This document shows positions 1 through 11,200 of a DNA stretch of 64,000 nucleotides, one piece after another (within the stretch, counting starts at the first letter, position 1; each line of letters starts with the position of its first letter). The DNA comes from Balanoglossus misakiensis (taxonomy: Eukaryota; Animalia; Hemichordata). The notes under the pieces were generated by a model that searched no databases, was not told the origin of the DNA, and was given only the letters and a program-made list of their open reading frames with translations. The stretch covers positions 6,002,301-6,066,300 of the forward strand of contig CM082577.2 in assembly GCA_040954595.2 (NCBI GenBank), read 5' to 3'. Position numbers and translations under genes: made by a program.

Positions 1-129
1 GTCTATCTAGGAACTCTACAGTCCTGTCACTACATCTACACTATTTAGCTTCAACGTTCCTCCTTTGAAGCAGCAAAACTAAAATGCCCTGATAGCCTCT
101 ACTGAAACGTAATTGTCAAATATGCTGCA

Positions 130-3100
130 TCAGTCTTCAAATTTAACAGACCGAACAGCATCTTTGTCGATGTGGAACTTTTTCGACTTCACCCTCTCCT
201 GTTCCGCATAGCCAAGCCCAAAGCCTTTCTTGATGTCCCATTTCATCGACAGCGCCCGACAGTACTGGCTCTCCAGCTGATCGTTCAAGTTCCCGGATTG
301 TTGGTGACTCAAGGCGTAGTTTGATCTGGCCTCTCCGGATGTTGCCTTGGGCTCTGCGCCCTTCTTTCTCATTCCGAGCAGCCGGAAAAACTTGTCCTTC
401 TCCTTCGTTGTCTGGAAGGATGCTGTACTCCACTGACCCAATGCACTTGTGCTGTGTGTGCTCTGAAAGCGAAAGAACATTTGCAGGTGATCTCTGAAAG
501 CAAATGGCACACACACAACTGTGAGAGAAATTTTTAAATTTGAAAAATCCTGGAATGTGATATTTTTCATGAAAAAAATCACTTACTCTGGTATCATTAT
601 CAGCGCTGGTGGTATAATTTCCATTGATTGCTGTTCTCTGCTCCTGTCTACCAGGGTTGTTTGCACACTGCACATCAGTTTGTTCATCGTCAGAAACTGG
701 TTCGCTCTTTATGATCATCTCCGTCTGGGTGGTCACACCACCTGTCTGTTCTTCGTCAGTGTCAGACATCGGTTCAGTCTTACATGTGCAAGTTTCTGCC
801 TCAACATTCCCAGCACCCACATCACTTTGTGTTACAGCTCCACCAGAGCTCTTCTCTCCGTGGCAACCAGGTCCACCAGATCTGGTGTCGCTTGCTTTCA
901 CTTTGGTTTTCTTTGACTGGGGTTTCCTACCACTCCTTGTAACTCTACAATTTTCATCCTCGTGGTCGTCTTTGTCTTTATTCTCTGTTGCCATAGGAAC
1001 GCTTTCACCTGCTTTCACTTTGGTTTTCTTTGACTGTGGTTTCTTACCACTTCTTGTAACTCTGCTATTTTCATCCTCGTGGTCTTCTTTGTCATTCTTC
1101 TCTGTTGCCATAGGAACGCTTTGCTTCCCAGAAGCCTGCTTTCCCTTTGTCTTGGCTTTCTCCCTCTTTCTCATCATCACCCCATCACGTGCATTCGTTT
1201 CCAACGGTGATGCCTCTGTGTCCTCCACAGAATCGTTACAAACTTTGCTAGCCGAATCCTCCTTGCGGCATTTCCTCTTTTTTTTCTTTGATTCCGGTGC
1301 ATCAGCTTCTTCATTCTTCTTATCAACACCTCGTTTTCTTTTCTTTGCTGATTTGTTCTCTTTCCCTTTGGTTTTTGCTGGGCTCTCTGCAGGTTTGACA
1401 GTCGTGGCTAGCTCACTGGTACTCGCTTCAGTCAGTACATGTTTCATTTTGCTCTTTCGGGCCTTCTTCATACCTTTGCCGCTTTCAACGTCGTCGTGGT
1501 GTTTTTTCTTCTTTTTCTTCTTCGGTTCTGTTACCACTCCGTCAGATGGAGAGCTCTGTTTTCTTTTGTCCGATTTATTATCTTCATCACTACATTCACT
1601 GTGACTTCCTGTCTGAGAATGCTCAATATTTCCATCTTTGTTACAGAGATCTTTCTTTTTGTCTTTCTTTCTTTTCTTCTTTTTGCGCTTCACTTTTGGC
1701 GATACGTTCTCTTTACTTCCTGAAAGCACTTTGTCACTCTTTTCACAAGTCTCGCCACTTTCTTTACTATGACCTTTCTTCTTTGGTTCTGTCTTGTCCG
1801 CGTTCCTCTGTCTCAGCATGTACGGATGTTGTCTCTCTACTCCACTTTCAATTCCACCAAGGCCACCGTCACATACTTTCTTCTTTGATTTCTTTTTTCT
1901 TTCCCTCGTTTCCTCAGCTGCTATACTATTTCCTGTCAAACTCTCAGTTGCCATGGTTTCTGTAGACTGGCTACCACTCTTCACCTTTTTGTGTCTTTTC
2001 TTCTTCCGACTCAAACTACTATCACACACTGTTTCTGTGCAGTTGTTGCTCTCTTCTTTTTCCTTTTGTTCTTCATCCTTCTTGCGATTCTTCTTCTTTT
2101 TCTTCTTCGGAGCCTCTACACCAAGCACAGAGTCTATTTTCTCAGTGCTCTCACAAACATCAGCAGTACAGTTACCGGTATCTTTTTCTCTTTTTCTTTT
2201 CTGTTTTGATTTACGCTCATTCTTTCCACCTTCTGGTGATACCGCCAGTTCACTTATCTTGTCCTCTTTGAGTGCCTTGTCACAATTTTTACGTCTTTTT
2301 TTCTTTTCAGTAGACGGTTCATGAGATGAAGTTTCAACATTTGCTGATGTACCACCACCATCCAGGCAATCAGACTTCCTTTTCCTCTTTGATTTCCCAT
2401 CTTTTACTTGACTTGCCGGCACATCTCCACATTTTCCCTCAGTTTTATTTTCATCATCAGTCTCCTTTCTCTTTCTCTTTTTTTTCTTCTTTGATTTCGT
2501 TGCCACATCAGAATTAACATCTTGTGCGTCACTTGTCAAATCATCCTTCCCATCATGCATCTTTTTCTTTCTTTTCTTGCCAGATTTCATCTTGCTCACA
2601 GATCTATCTTGACTGCCGTGATTTGTCTTAATATCTGCGCTCAGTACCAGGACATTACTTGTGACTTTGTCACTCTCTTGGCAAGTTTCCTTCTTCTTCT
2701 TTTTCTTCTTCTTGTGTTTTTTTATTCTGTGAACACTACTAGCCTCATCTGAATTTGTCTGTACAATTGTATTAATCACACAGGTACATTGAATTGCGGT
2801 CATCTCATCTTTACATTCTTCTCTGTGTTTCTGTTTCTTCTTCTTCTTCCTGCAGTTACTGCCGCGTTTCTTGGGATATACTTCCATGGCAACAGCCAGT
2901 AGCTCTTCTGCAGATATGGCCCCTGACTGCTCTTTCGCCTTTGGCCCTTCTTTCACATTACCTGAAGGTGGAAAATGTAACACCAGTGTTTAAAGGGATT
3001 GAGCATAACTTCAAAAATTCCATGTGGGGAAATACCACACAGCACTTCCTTTTGAAATTCACCTGTTGGGGGAGGCGTCGTGTTTGGAGTCTCTGATATG

Positions 3101-3352
3101 CTGGAGAACACAGCTAACGGAAATCATTGTTCTCACCGACGTAATGCCTTTGTACTTGGGGTCACAGTCGGCCCACTTTGATAAAGCCTAAAGGGGTCAC
3201 GCGCGGTATGCTTGACTTGAACTACATTATCACTTACCAATACCACCAGTGTTGTCATGGTTACAAGTGACATTCCCATCTTTAGATTTCTGTTTTCTCT
3301 TCTTTGACTTCTTGGTTTTATTTGCATGCATAGCACTGATTGACTTGAACAT
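130..3352 (-). CDS. KNOP1: Lysine-rich nucleolar protein 1-like (KNOP1) with C-terminal SMAP (small acidic protein) domain
   Basis: Exons (minus): 3238-3352 (MFKSISAMHANKTKKSKKRKQK..., donor GTAAGT), probable 51-nt exon 3063-3113, 587-2961 (long Lys-rich low-complexity exon, many KKKKK runs) and 130-462 (GQWSTASFQTTKEKDKFFRLLG...QLESQY...GFGLGY...KFHIDKDAVRSVKFED*). All junctions are GT-AG with compatible phases, giving about 940 aa, or 957 aa with the small exon. The last exon matches the SMAP-type C-terminus of KNOP1 as recalled. Divergent from IQCK as in human. The 5' exons are less certain. Confidence 0.85.
894..1121 (-). repeat. In-frame 117-bp (39-aa) tandem duplication within the KNOP1-like large exon
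   Basis: GCTTTCACTTTGGTTTTCTTTGACTG occurs at 894 and 1011. The protein repeat SVPMATEKNDKEDHEDENSRVTRSGKKPQSKKTKVKA appears twice with few substitutions. Confidence 0.9.
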
Positions 3353-3740
3353 AGTCTGCCAGCCAGTTTTTGAGTTGACTACAATACACGTGTGAGCCAG
3401 AATAACCTGACCCCTTCACAGCCGAAAGGTCAAACAGGTACGCCCTCGACGGTGAACTGTGGCAAGTGCTTGACAACCAAACCGAATTACACAGCAACAT
3501 ACTTTTATATCAGTTCCCAATTAATTTAAGATATAATGTTCAACAAATTAAAGCGAACGAAAACAAACAAAAATATATTTAAACATAAGGTTATTTCAGC
3601 TTCTGTACTTTACATTGATATTATTGTGGACATTTTGAGGTTTAAATAGACCTTTTTCTTTATAGCGAATGAGAAAATTGATATCGTGAGGTGTTGTTAG
3701 GCACTAGACGCAACAACAAAACTCAGGCTGGTTGATCAAA

Positions 3741-6148
3741 ATGTCGGTCGTGACTGACAAGAAAGAGCCCCAACTATGGGACGAAATATGCAAAGGTTAG
3801 CACTTTATTTCATTGTAACATTTTATTCCCATTCTTTTCTTTGATAATCGCTTTATCTGAATAATTTCACTATCATACTCTCTCGGTCACTGTTACGCCT
3901 ACTGTCCATGTCGATGTCCAGGGCATAGGCGCATAGGCCAAATCAACAACTACGATGGCCCACTGGTGCAAGTCTTGCATTTGTGGGGTTTCGCGGTTGT
4001 TGATTTGAGGACCTGTGGTTAAACCAGTCGAGCCAAGCGTTAACTAATCGGAAATAACAGAATTGAACACAAACTTGTATACAAACACTTTGTTTTCATG
4101 TTTCATCCTCTTCCATGAACCCTGAATCCCATTCAACATTTGAGCAAAGTACTGAGTGATGGCTGCTTCCTAGATGCTTACAGTATCCCCAAACTAAAAA
4201 GAAACCCATCTTGTTTTAATTCACAAAAACAGAGTTTGCGTTGAAAAGGCCACCGTTTAAGTTAGAAGACGACAACGCCTCAGTGGTCACTGACATCATA
4301 CAGTATGACCCTGCTGCACACACCCCTGTCATCTATGGCAAGATGACACAGATGATTGACACAGACTACAATCCGGTTGATGACTTTGATCCAGCGCTCT
4401 CACATCCTGCATTGGTTGGGCACACTGTATTATCGAAGCCGCCAAAATCTCCACCACCAACACCGCCACCACCACCTCCTAAAGACACATGTAAGTTATG
4501 CAGTGTGTTTTCACCATCATTGGCCTTTCTTTTCAGATGCTATTTTTGGAATACATGATGTAATAGTACAGCATTGGACAGAAACTTATAACTAAAAATA
4601 TTTACTGTTTCTTTTAGAAAAGCATTCTGATCTGAATCTCTGCACATTCTTCAGACTGAACTCTTCCCAAACAAATATTTTCATGGACGGGAAGGAAGTA
4701 TGAAAGGATCAATATTTGTTGCTTGAAGAATATGGCATGTGCCATATGCCAACCGTGCCATATGCCAACCAGTCATTGAGTGTAAGACCAACCAAGGGTT
4801 TCAGCAATAAAGATAACAAAATATTTTCTATCCGTTGACAACAGGTACACCAAGGGAATATTTAGAATACTACATCTTTCCCGTCCTGCTACCTGGCATG
4901 TTAGAGATGTTGAAACAAGCTAAAGAGGAAAAATGCTTTGAGGTTAGTAAAAGGAAAGAGTTGTAGAGGCAGTAACCAAAGAAAATATGAGAACATTTGG
5001 CACCATACCATTTCAGTGAAATATTCTGCAGAATGAGACAGCAAATGTGATGCATATGTGTGCATAATAATGAAATGATTTGCAGTATGAAATGAAACCA
5101 GTGCCCATGTATTGGTACATACCACTCATAGAAAAGCCAATGTATTTTTTTTCTTTCAACAGAGAAAGAGGTTCCGATTCAATGGACTAGATTTTCTTAC
5201 GGAATATTTGTGGAGGTAGGTTGGAACAAACCTTCACCTGTCCCATTCAATTCCACCATAATGAAGAGGTTATGATCATTGAGCTGTTGGTTGGTAATAT
5301 CTGACATTTCTGATGTTATTCCCATCTGATTCCACACAGACATAATCCTGATTATTTCGGGAGAGAAAACGACACGCTAGATGAGATTCCATTTGTACAG
5401 AGGATACTAGCAGAGAATCCCAGGCCACCGCTGCCATTGTCCTTGATTTGGACAGAGGAAGAAGCGGCCATAGTTATCCAGTCATTCTACAGAGGTTACA
5501 GGGTAAGTAGGGGTTTCTAGACTGTCTTGTTTTGGTTCCTGTCTCATGTGTTATGCAACATGTAGATCCCGTCATATTTGCAATTAGTTGAACCATGGCT
5601 GCTGGTTTATAAGGTCAGTAGACTAGTACAGTGGATTTGGCTTAAAAATACGGTTTCAATATGTTTTAACTGTCATGATATATTACATTGAAAAACAATA
5701 TCTCTGACAGAAAGTACTGTACTGTTCAACTTGAAAGATACACCAAATTACAACATGCCTAAATATGTTTTGTACCATTCTTCAGGTTGGAAGTATCACG
5801 GGAGAGGTGTGCATTGATTCTAAGTTATGTTTGAAAGCAGACAGATGATAACATCTTAAACATTTTTGATGATTTTCTGAACAGATACGGAGAGACCCTG
5901 AAGTGCAGGAGCTGAGACAGTGGCAGAGAGAACTCCGGGAGGAGAACGAGGACATCTCTGTGAAGGTGGAGAACTTCTGGAGGCAACACGAACCCCCGGA
6001 CAGCGACGAGGAAGTGGCCGCTGCAGCAGCTGGGGGAGCGCACGGCGGTAGACGCAGCGTGGAGTTCAGACGCAAGACGAGTACGCCCAGAACGCCGCTG
6101 TCCAGGTCGTCGTCGCAGACAAAAACACTTCAGAGTCCGGTGCCTTAG
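3741..6148 (+). CDS. IQCK: IQ domain-containing protein K
   Basis: Exons 3741-3795, 4233-4490, 4845-4942, 5163-5215, 5340-5502, 5885-6148 (891 nt, 296 aa, all GT-AG). Motifs LWDEICKEF, CTPREYLEYYIFPVLLPGM...AKEEKCFERKR...DFLTEYL and PRPPLPLSLIWTEEEAAIVIQSFYRGYRIR (IQ motif) DPEVQELRQWQ match IQCK as recalled. Confidence 0.93.
4739..4770. repeat. 16-bp tandem duplication (GTGCCATATGCCAACC x2), intronic
   Basis: Directly visible in IQCK intron 2. Confidence 0.85.
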
Positions 6149-6519
6149 TTTGTTTTTGTGGGATGTTGCCAAGAAGATGGCATCCATCACCTGTACAATT
6201 TGATGGCTATGGAAAGTTTGGTCAAAGCGATGGTCAGACCGTTGTGAACTAGAATGTCTCAGCCCATGCCAGGTTGATGAGGACTGACCTCCTTATTGTC
6301 CATAAGGATTGCATTGTCCTTGCAGATAAGAAGAATGTATATAGAATTTCCTCAACCTTATTGCACTATTAATTGAATGTATATTTCATGATTTGTCCTA
6401 ATCAGCAACATCAAACCAATTGTATTATATTTTGACAGTGTAATATATTCCTCGAATGTAGAGTAATTAAATAGTGTTCTTCATGGTACAGAACACACAT
6501 AAAATTATATCCAAGTTTC

Positions 6520-6534
6520 TTTATTTTAAATAAA
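6520..6534. terminator. Back-to-back candidate polyadenylation signals (minus AATAAA 6520-6525; plus AATAAA 6529-6534) for TMEM104 and IQCK
   Basis: Sequence TTTATTTTAAATAAA lies between the convergent stop codons. Actual usage is inferred. Confidence 0.5.
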
Positions 6535-8293
6535 AGTAACATTTCTTGGTACATGCATCTATACACAACTTCTTCACAAGTCAGTGCATATTATTTCCTT
6601 GAATTCAGACTCATGGCAAGTTTGATTTTGAAAAACATAATCCCACCAATCATACTAAATTTAAATTGTTTCCCAATGTCTCTTGAAAAAAAATATAACG
6701 GCAATGCACATACAGCCATGACGCATTGTTTACCCTTGTCAACCTATTACCAGATTCAAAAGCCTAAAGGGGCCCACCAGTATGCCCAGTTTTGCCATGG
6801 AAGGTCCCACCTAGACTAGACAGAGAAAAAATGTCCTGACCCATGTTTTACAGTGTCCAGGTCAACAATGTGTCATTTCTCACGATTCAAATAATACAGC
6901 TCCTTGGAAACCAATCTATGGTTGCCAATAAACACTAGCATACAGCGGACCATACAAATGATATGTGTAGGTACAACAACAACAGCCATATGACTGTTCC
7001 CCTCTAAAGGCAAAACTTGACATGCATTTGGGTGCAATATGTGGGGTTCGTTGATCAAAATAAGAGAAAAATAAAATTCTGACGAAACCAGCTACATTTT
7101 GTAATCCAGAAGATGTAGCCCTGTTGTATATAAATAAAATTGCACAGAAACATGGTTGACATTTAAAACTTAATTCTCATTCAAGGAATAACCTTTTGCA
7201 ACAACTTAAGCAATAAAACAAGGCTTTAGGATAATTAAAACATCAACATTCCTAATCTGACCACAGAGGGCATAAATTGATGCAAACTAAAAATAATCGA
7301 GTTGATTTCACTTTGTCTGAGCATTTTCAGTTCGCATTGACATTCAAGGACATTCTGGGAGTTGTTTTAAACTCAGCAGGACTGTCCCACAGTATATAAA
7401 CCCTGGTTCTTTGTAAAACAGTACAATTGGCATTCTAGACATAAAATGAAAACATTATGACATCGCAATTTGTAGACAATGTACCGGTATTATATACATG
7501 TATGCGGCTTTCTCAGACTGTACTCTCATTATCAGAAGACAAAATTTTGTCTTTCTGTGTATTATTGAAGACTTAATTTATTAGATTTCAGAGGTGAATT
7601 GGTCATGAATTTGCATCATTAATTTTCAGTGATATTTACATCATTTTGGTGATATTTTATTTCAATATGTAGGCAAGGTTTTTGATATAGCATAAGGGTA
7701 TACAAATAATACCATGATTGGAAAGATTCTAGAAATGACCTTCATTTCAGTGGCAGTAGGCATTGTCAAAATATTCATTGTAAAAGACCATGAACAAGAT
7801 GACTACCCACCTACTTGTGAAGATAAAACATTTCTCATTTCTATATTTGACTTCATAAATTCCCCATTATTTGACATTTGTGCGGTAAGTAAATGTTCAA
7901 CATCATGCCATTCGACATGACTATTATTAAAGGTCATGACACCAGAAAGGTCACAATCCTCTCTGGAAGGTCATGACCTGCAAAGGTGACATACTTGTGG
8001 AAGGTCGTCGTCAAGGGTGAGCTTCATGAAATTCTGTTCACTGCTGTGCAAACTTTTTGCACTGTTGTTGATGCTACATGTCTGTATGTGTGTCTGACTG
8101 ACTGTCTCAGTGTCTGTCGCTCTCTCTCTCACACACACATACATTTTTTTATAGTACCTGTGTTATGTTTAAGTATGACTATTTGCTTTTGGTATTGCAA
8201 CTGCTAATATCAGTCTCTACATTATCATGAATTCTGTACTTTTTTTTCATATCTTTTAGCAAAAAAATTATGTGAATCTGTTTGTGATTCTCA

Positions 8294-11200
8294 TCAAGAC
8301 CTTGAAAGGATATGATTGACAGTGACAAATATTACACATGCCACAGCCCACACTACCACAAATATAACCCACAGTTTACTTCTGAATGGGGAAGAGTGCT
8401 TGTTTTCCCACCTATGACCGTAATATTTTGCAAGATCCTTTCTGGCATAGTAAACTAGGAGCGCCGGCGTGAGATACTGTATTCCGACCCCGGCGTACGA
8501 GCCGGTGATGCCCACGAGAAGTTCAAGGTCGTGCGTGTAGAACGCCACGCCGATGGGCGGCAGGACGGTGACCATGGGGAAGAGGATCTTGTCCACCAGC
8601 CACGGGGTGCGGCGCCCCTCGCGGTGGAAGAGATTGCGGAGGTTGTTGCGCAGGGTGATGGCGATGATGGGGAAGTTGGTGCTGAGCGTGAAGACCGGGA
8701 AGAGCGCCAGGAAGTACTGGAAGAACTTGACGTCGGTGATGGCCGGGTCGCGGAAGTTCAGCGTGTACAGGTCCTGCAGGCTCTCGTTGCTGAAGCAGAA
8801 GGCGGCGGTGAAGCAGAGCACCAGGTAGAAGACCAGGATGACGGAGAAGTCGCTGAAGAAGAGCGTGGTCAGCCGCGACTTGTTGCGGATGGGCGTCACC
8901 ATGGAGGGCAGCGAGTGCTGGCACATGAAGGAGTAGATGCAGACGCCGAACAGGTTGGGCATGCCGGAGAACTTGAAGGGCTGCGGGTGGCCCGATCCTT
9001 TGCCCTCCGCCAGGTGGATGAGCGCCAGCGTGATCATCAAACCAAACGCTGAAAATGGAGAGAAGCTTAAAATATTCAGTGAACGGACGTAATTTCCATC
9101 CAATATATCTGTGGAGAATTTATACCATTAGAAGACAATACACCCAAAGCATCTTCAATACATTTAGAAACACAGTGTATCAAGTGTTCACATAGACAAC
9201 ATTTGTTTACTTACCTAGCCATCTCATTATGGATGTTATGATTTGTAAGTATTTGGTCTTTTGCACATTGAAAAATACAAAAGGTCCAAGACAGCATGTG
9301 AAACCAGCCTGTGTGATGGAAAACAAGACGACATTAGTATAGTTGTTAATTACTGATATATTCTGCATTACTCTATGTGACTTTCTATTCATTTACCAAT
9401 CAAGGACATCTCATCCCATACCAAGTACATTTAGTTCAGGACGAGCACAGAGGTTGTGTATTTGTCACCCAATCACACGGAGGATTGACAACTCACTTAC
9501 CAGCATTATTCTGTACATATCAATTCTAAGAATGTGTTTGGACTTCCAACATGAATCAGTTTCACTGGTGTTGGCAGTCGGATAGCTTTCATTTGAAAAA
9601 CTGTTGGGAGAGAGAGAAAATGAGACAAGGGGTTTCAGACAAGCAAAATTAAAGTCAAGAGGTGACAGTCAGCCCTTCAAGTTTATGTAGATAATAACCT
9701 TCAAATTTTGATCTTCATGCAATTTCAAAATCACAAAACAATGTTTGGCAAAACTTAAAGTGGTGATTTTATTGAATACACACTGGTTATAACAATATGA
9801 AATGAGAACCACAGTCGAATAAGAAAAGGCGGCTACTACTTCTGCACTGCTCAAGGAGATAATAACTGTCCAATTGACAACGTCAGGACTCACCATATCA
9901 CATCTCGGAGTGACTTTGGCACAGCAGCGGCATATATGGCAAGATCTCCATAGAGATAGATTACGATACAGAGGTAGAATAGATTGATGCCCACTGGAAA
10001 AGACAATTGTTCATAGTGAGCATGAGTTTTGGATCTGAACTAGAATGAAACTTTAATGTTTTTAATATCTGCAGTAAATTCCTCACCTTTGTTGAAGAAC
10101 ATGGAGGCCATCTGACCCATCTCGACCCTCTGAGTAATATCAAAATAGTCTCTCCTCCTCTTCGGCACGGGTTCTGTGGGGCAGAAAACAAGTGTTCCTC
10201 GTGAGATCTAAAAGCCAGCTTTCAAGACCAGGATAGATCATTTACACACATACACGAACAAAACACACATATGTTTCATTCCGAAGGACCTGAAGGCAGA
10301 GCGTGCAGGCAACACAACAACAGCCAACAGCAAAACAACCAAGATACTGTCTGATGCATTATTCAGATGCAGGTCAATGCATTTGTGCTGGGGATTCAAT
10401 AGTTAACAGGTAGATGTTGCAACACTGCCATGCTGCAGGCAGACCTTCTACATGCTGGAGTGATCACTCTACATCAGCGACAAGCAAACAGCTTACAACT
10501 AGGTGCATGCTAGCACAAAATCCTGCAAGAATTACATTATGTTAGTTCTAGCTGGTATATGTATTAAAAGAACATGACACAAGGTACTGTGGGAATGACA
10601 TGTACAAGTCTTCCTGAAGAACAGCGGAATGAAACCGTTTAAAAATACTGTGATCTCATATTAAGGGTGGTTTTATGTAATGGAATTCGTGGTTTTAATG
10701 ATTTTCATGAAATCAAATTTATTGGTCTGGGGATGCTTCACTTTCAGCACCAATGGTTGAATAATTAGTCCATTTTCACCCTTCTATTTGAGCTTGAAAA
10801 GTTCAATCTACTATATAAATTTTGGTAAGATTTTATGCAGAGTCACAGAACTACTTATCAGTTAAAAACTGTGCTGGCTGAAAAAATTCTTGTATTACAC
10901 CAAGTGATCATAACATGAGTATCCATAAAAATAAGAATAAGTCAAAAGTTAATGACTTTAACTCCTTAAAAACTCGAGGACCCAGAAAATGAACTTTCCA
11001 CACAAGACCAGAAACGGCTGTCCCGTCATTGAAGTGCATGAAACCAGGCATGATCAGAAAATGAGCTGAACAAGAGTTATTTACCTCCGTAAGGTTTAAA
11101 CTGGATGGAAGGAGATGGAAGAACTCCTAGTGGCCAAACATAAACAGTCATTCAGTGAAGAAAGAAAATTAGATGACACAGTACAACTGAACATTTCAAA

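Noticed and set aside
521-2752. Plus-strand Phe/Leu/Ser-rich ORFs, including the 326-aa one
   Set aside because: These are antisense shadows of the Lys/Glu-rich KNOP1 exon.
143-2983. 946-aa single ORF as the true protein
   Set aside because: It reads through a clear GT-AG intron (463-586) and ends out of frame with the conserved SMAP exon. Its listed start is an intronic non-ATG codon.
8523-9052. Overlapping 133-aa, 173-aa and 91-aa ORFs
   Set aside because: They are by-products of extreme GC3 in the TMEM104 exon, which depletes stop codons in the other frames.
10269-10289. 21-nt TMEM104 microexon candidate after a good CAG acceptor
   Set aside because: It contains TGA in the required phase 1 and has a weak donor (GTGTGT). 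It could only be a poison exon and there is no supporting evidence.
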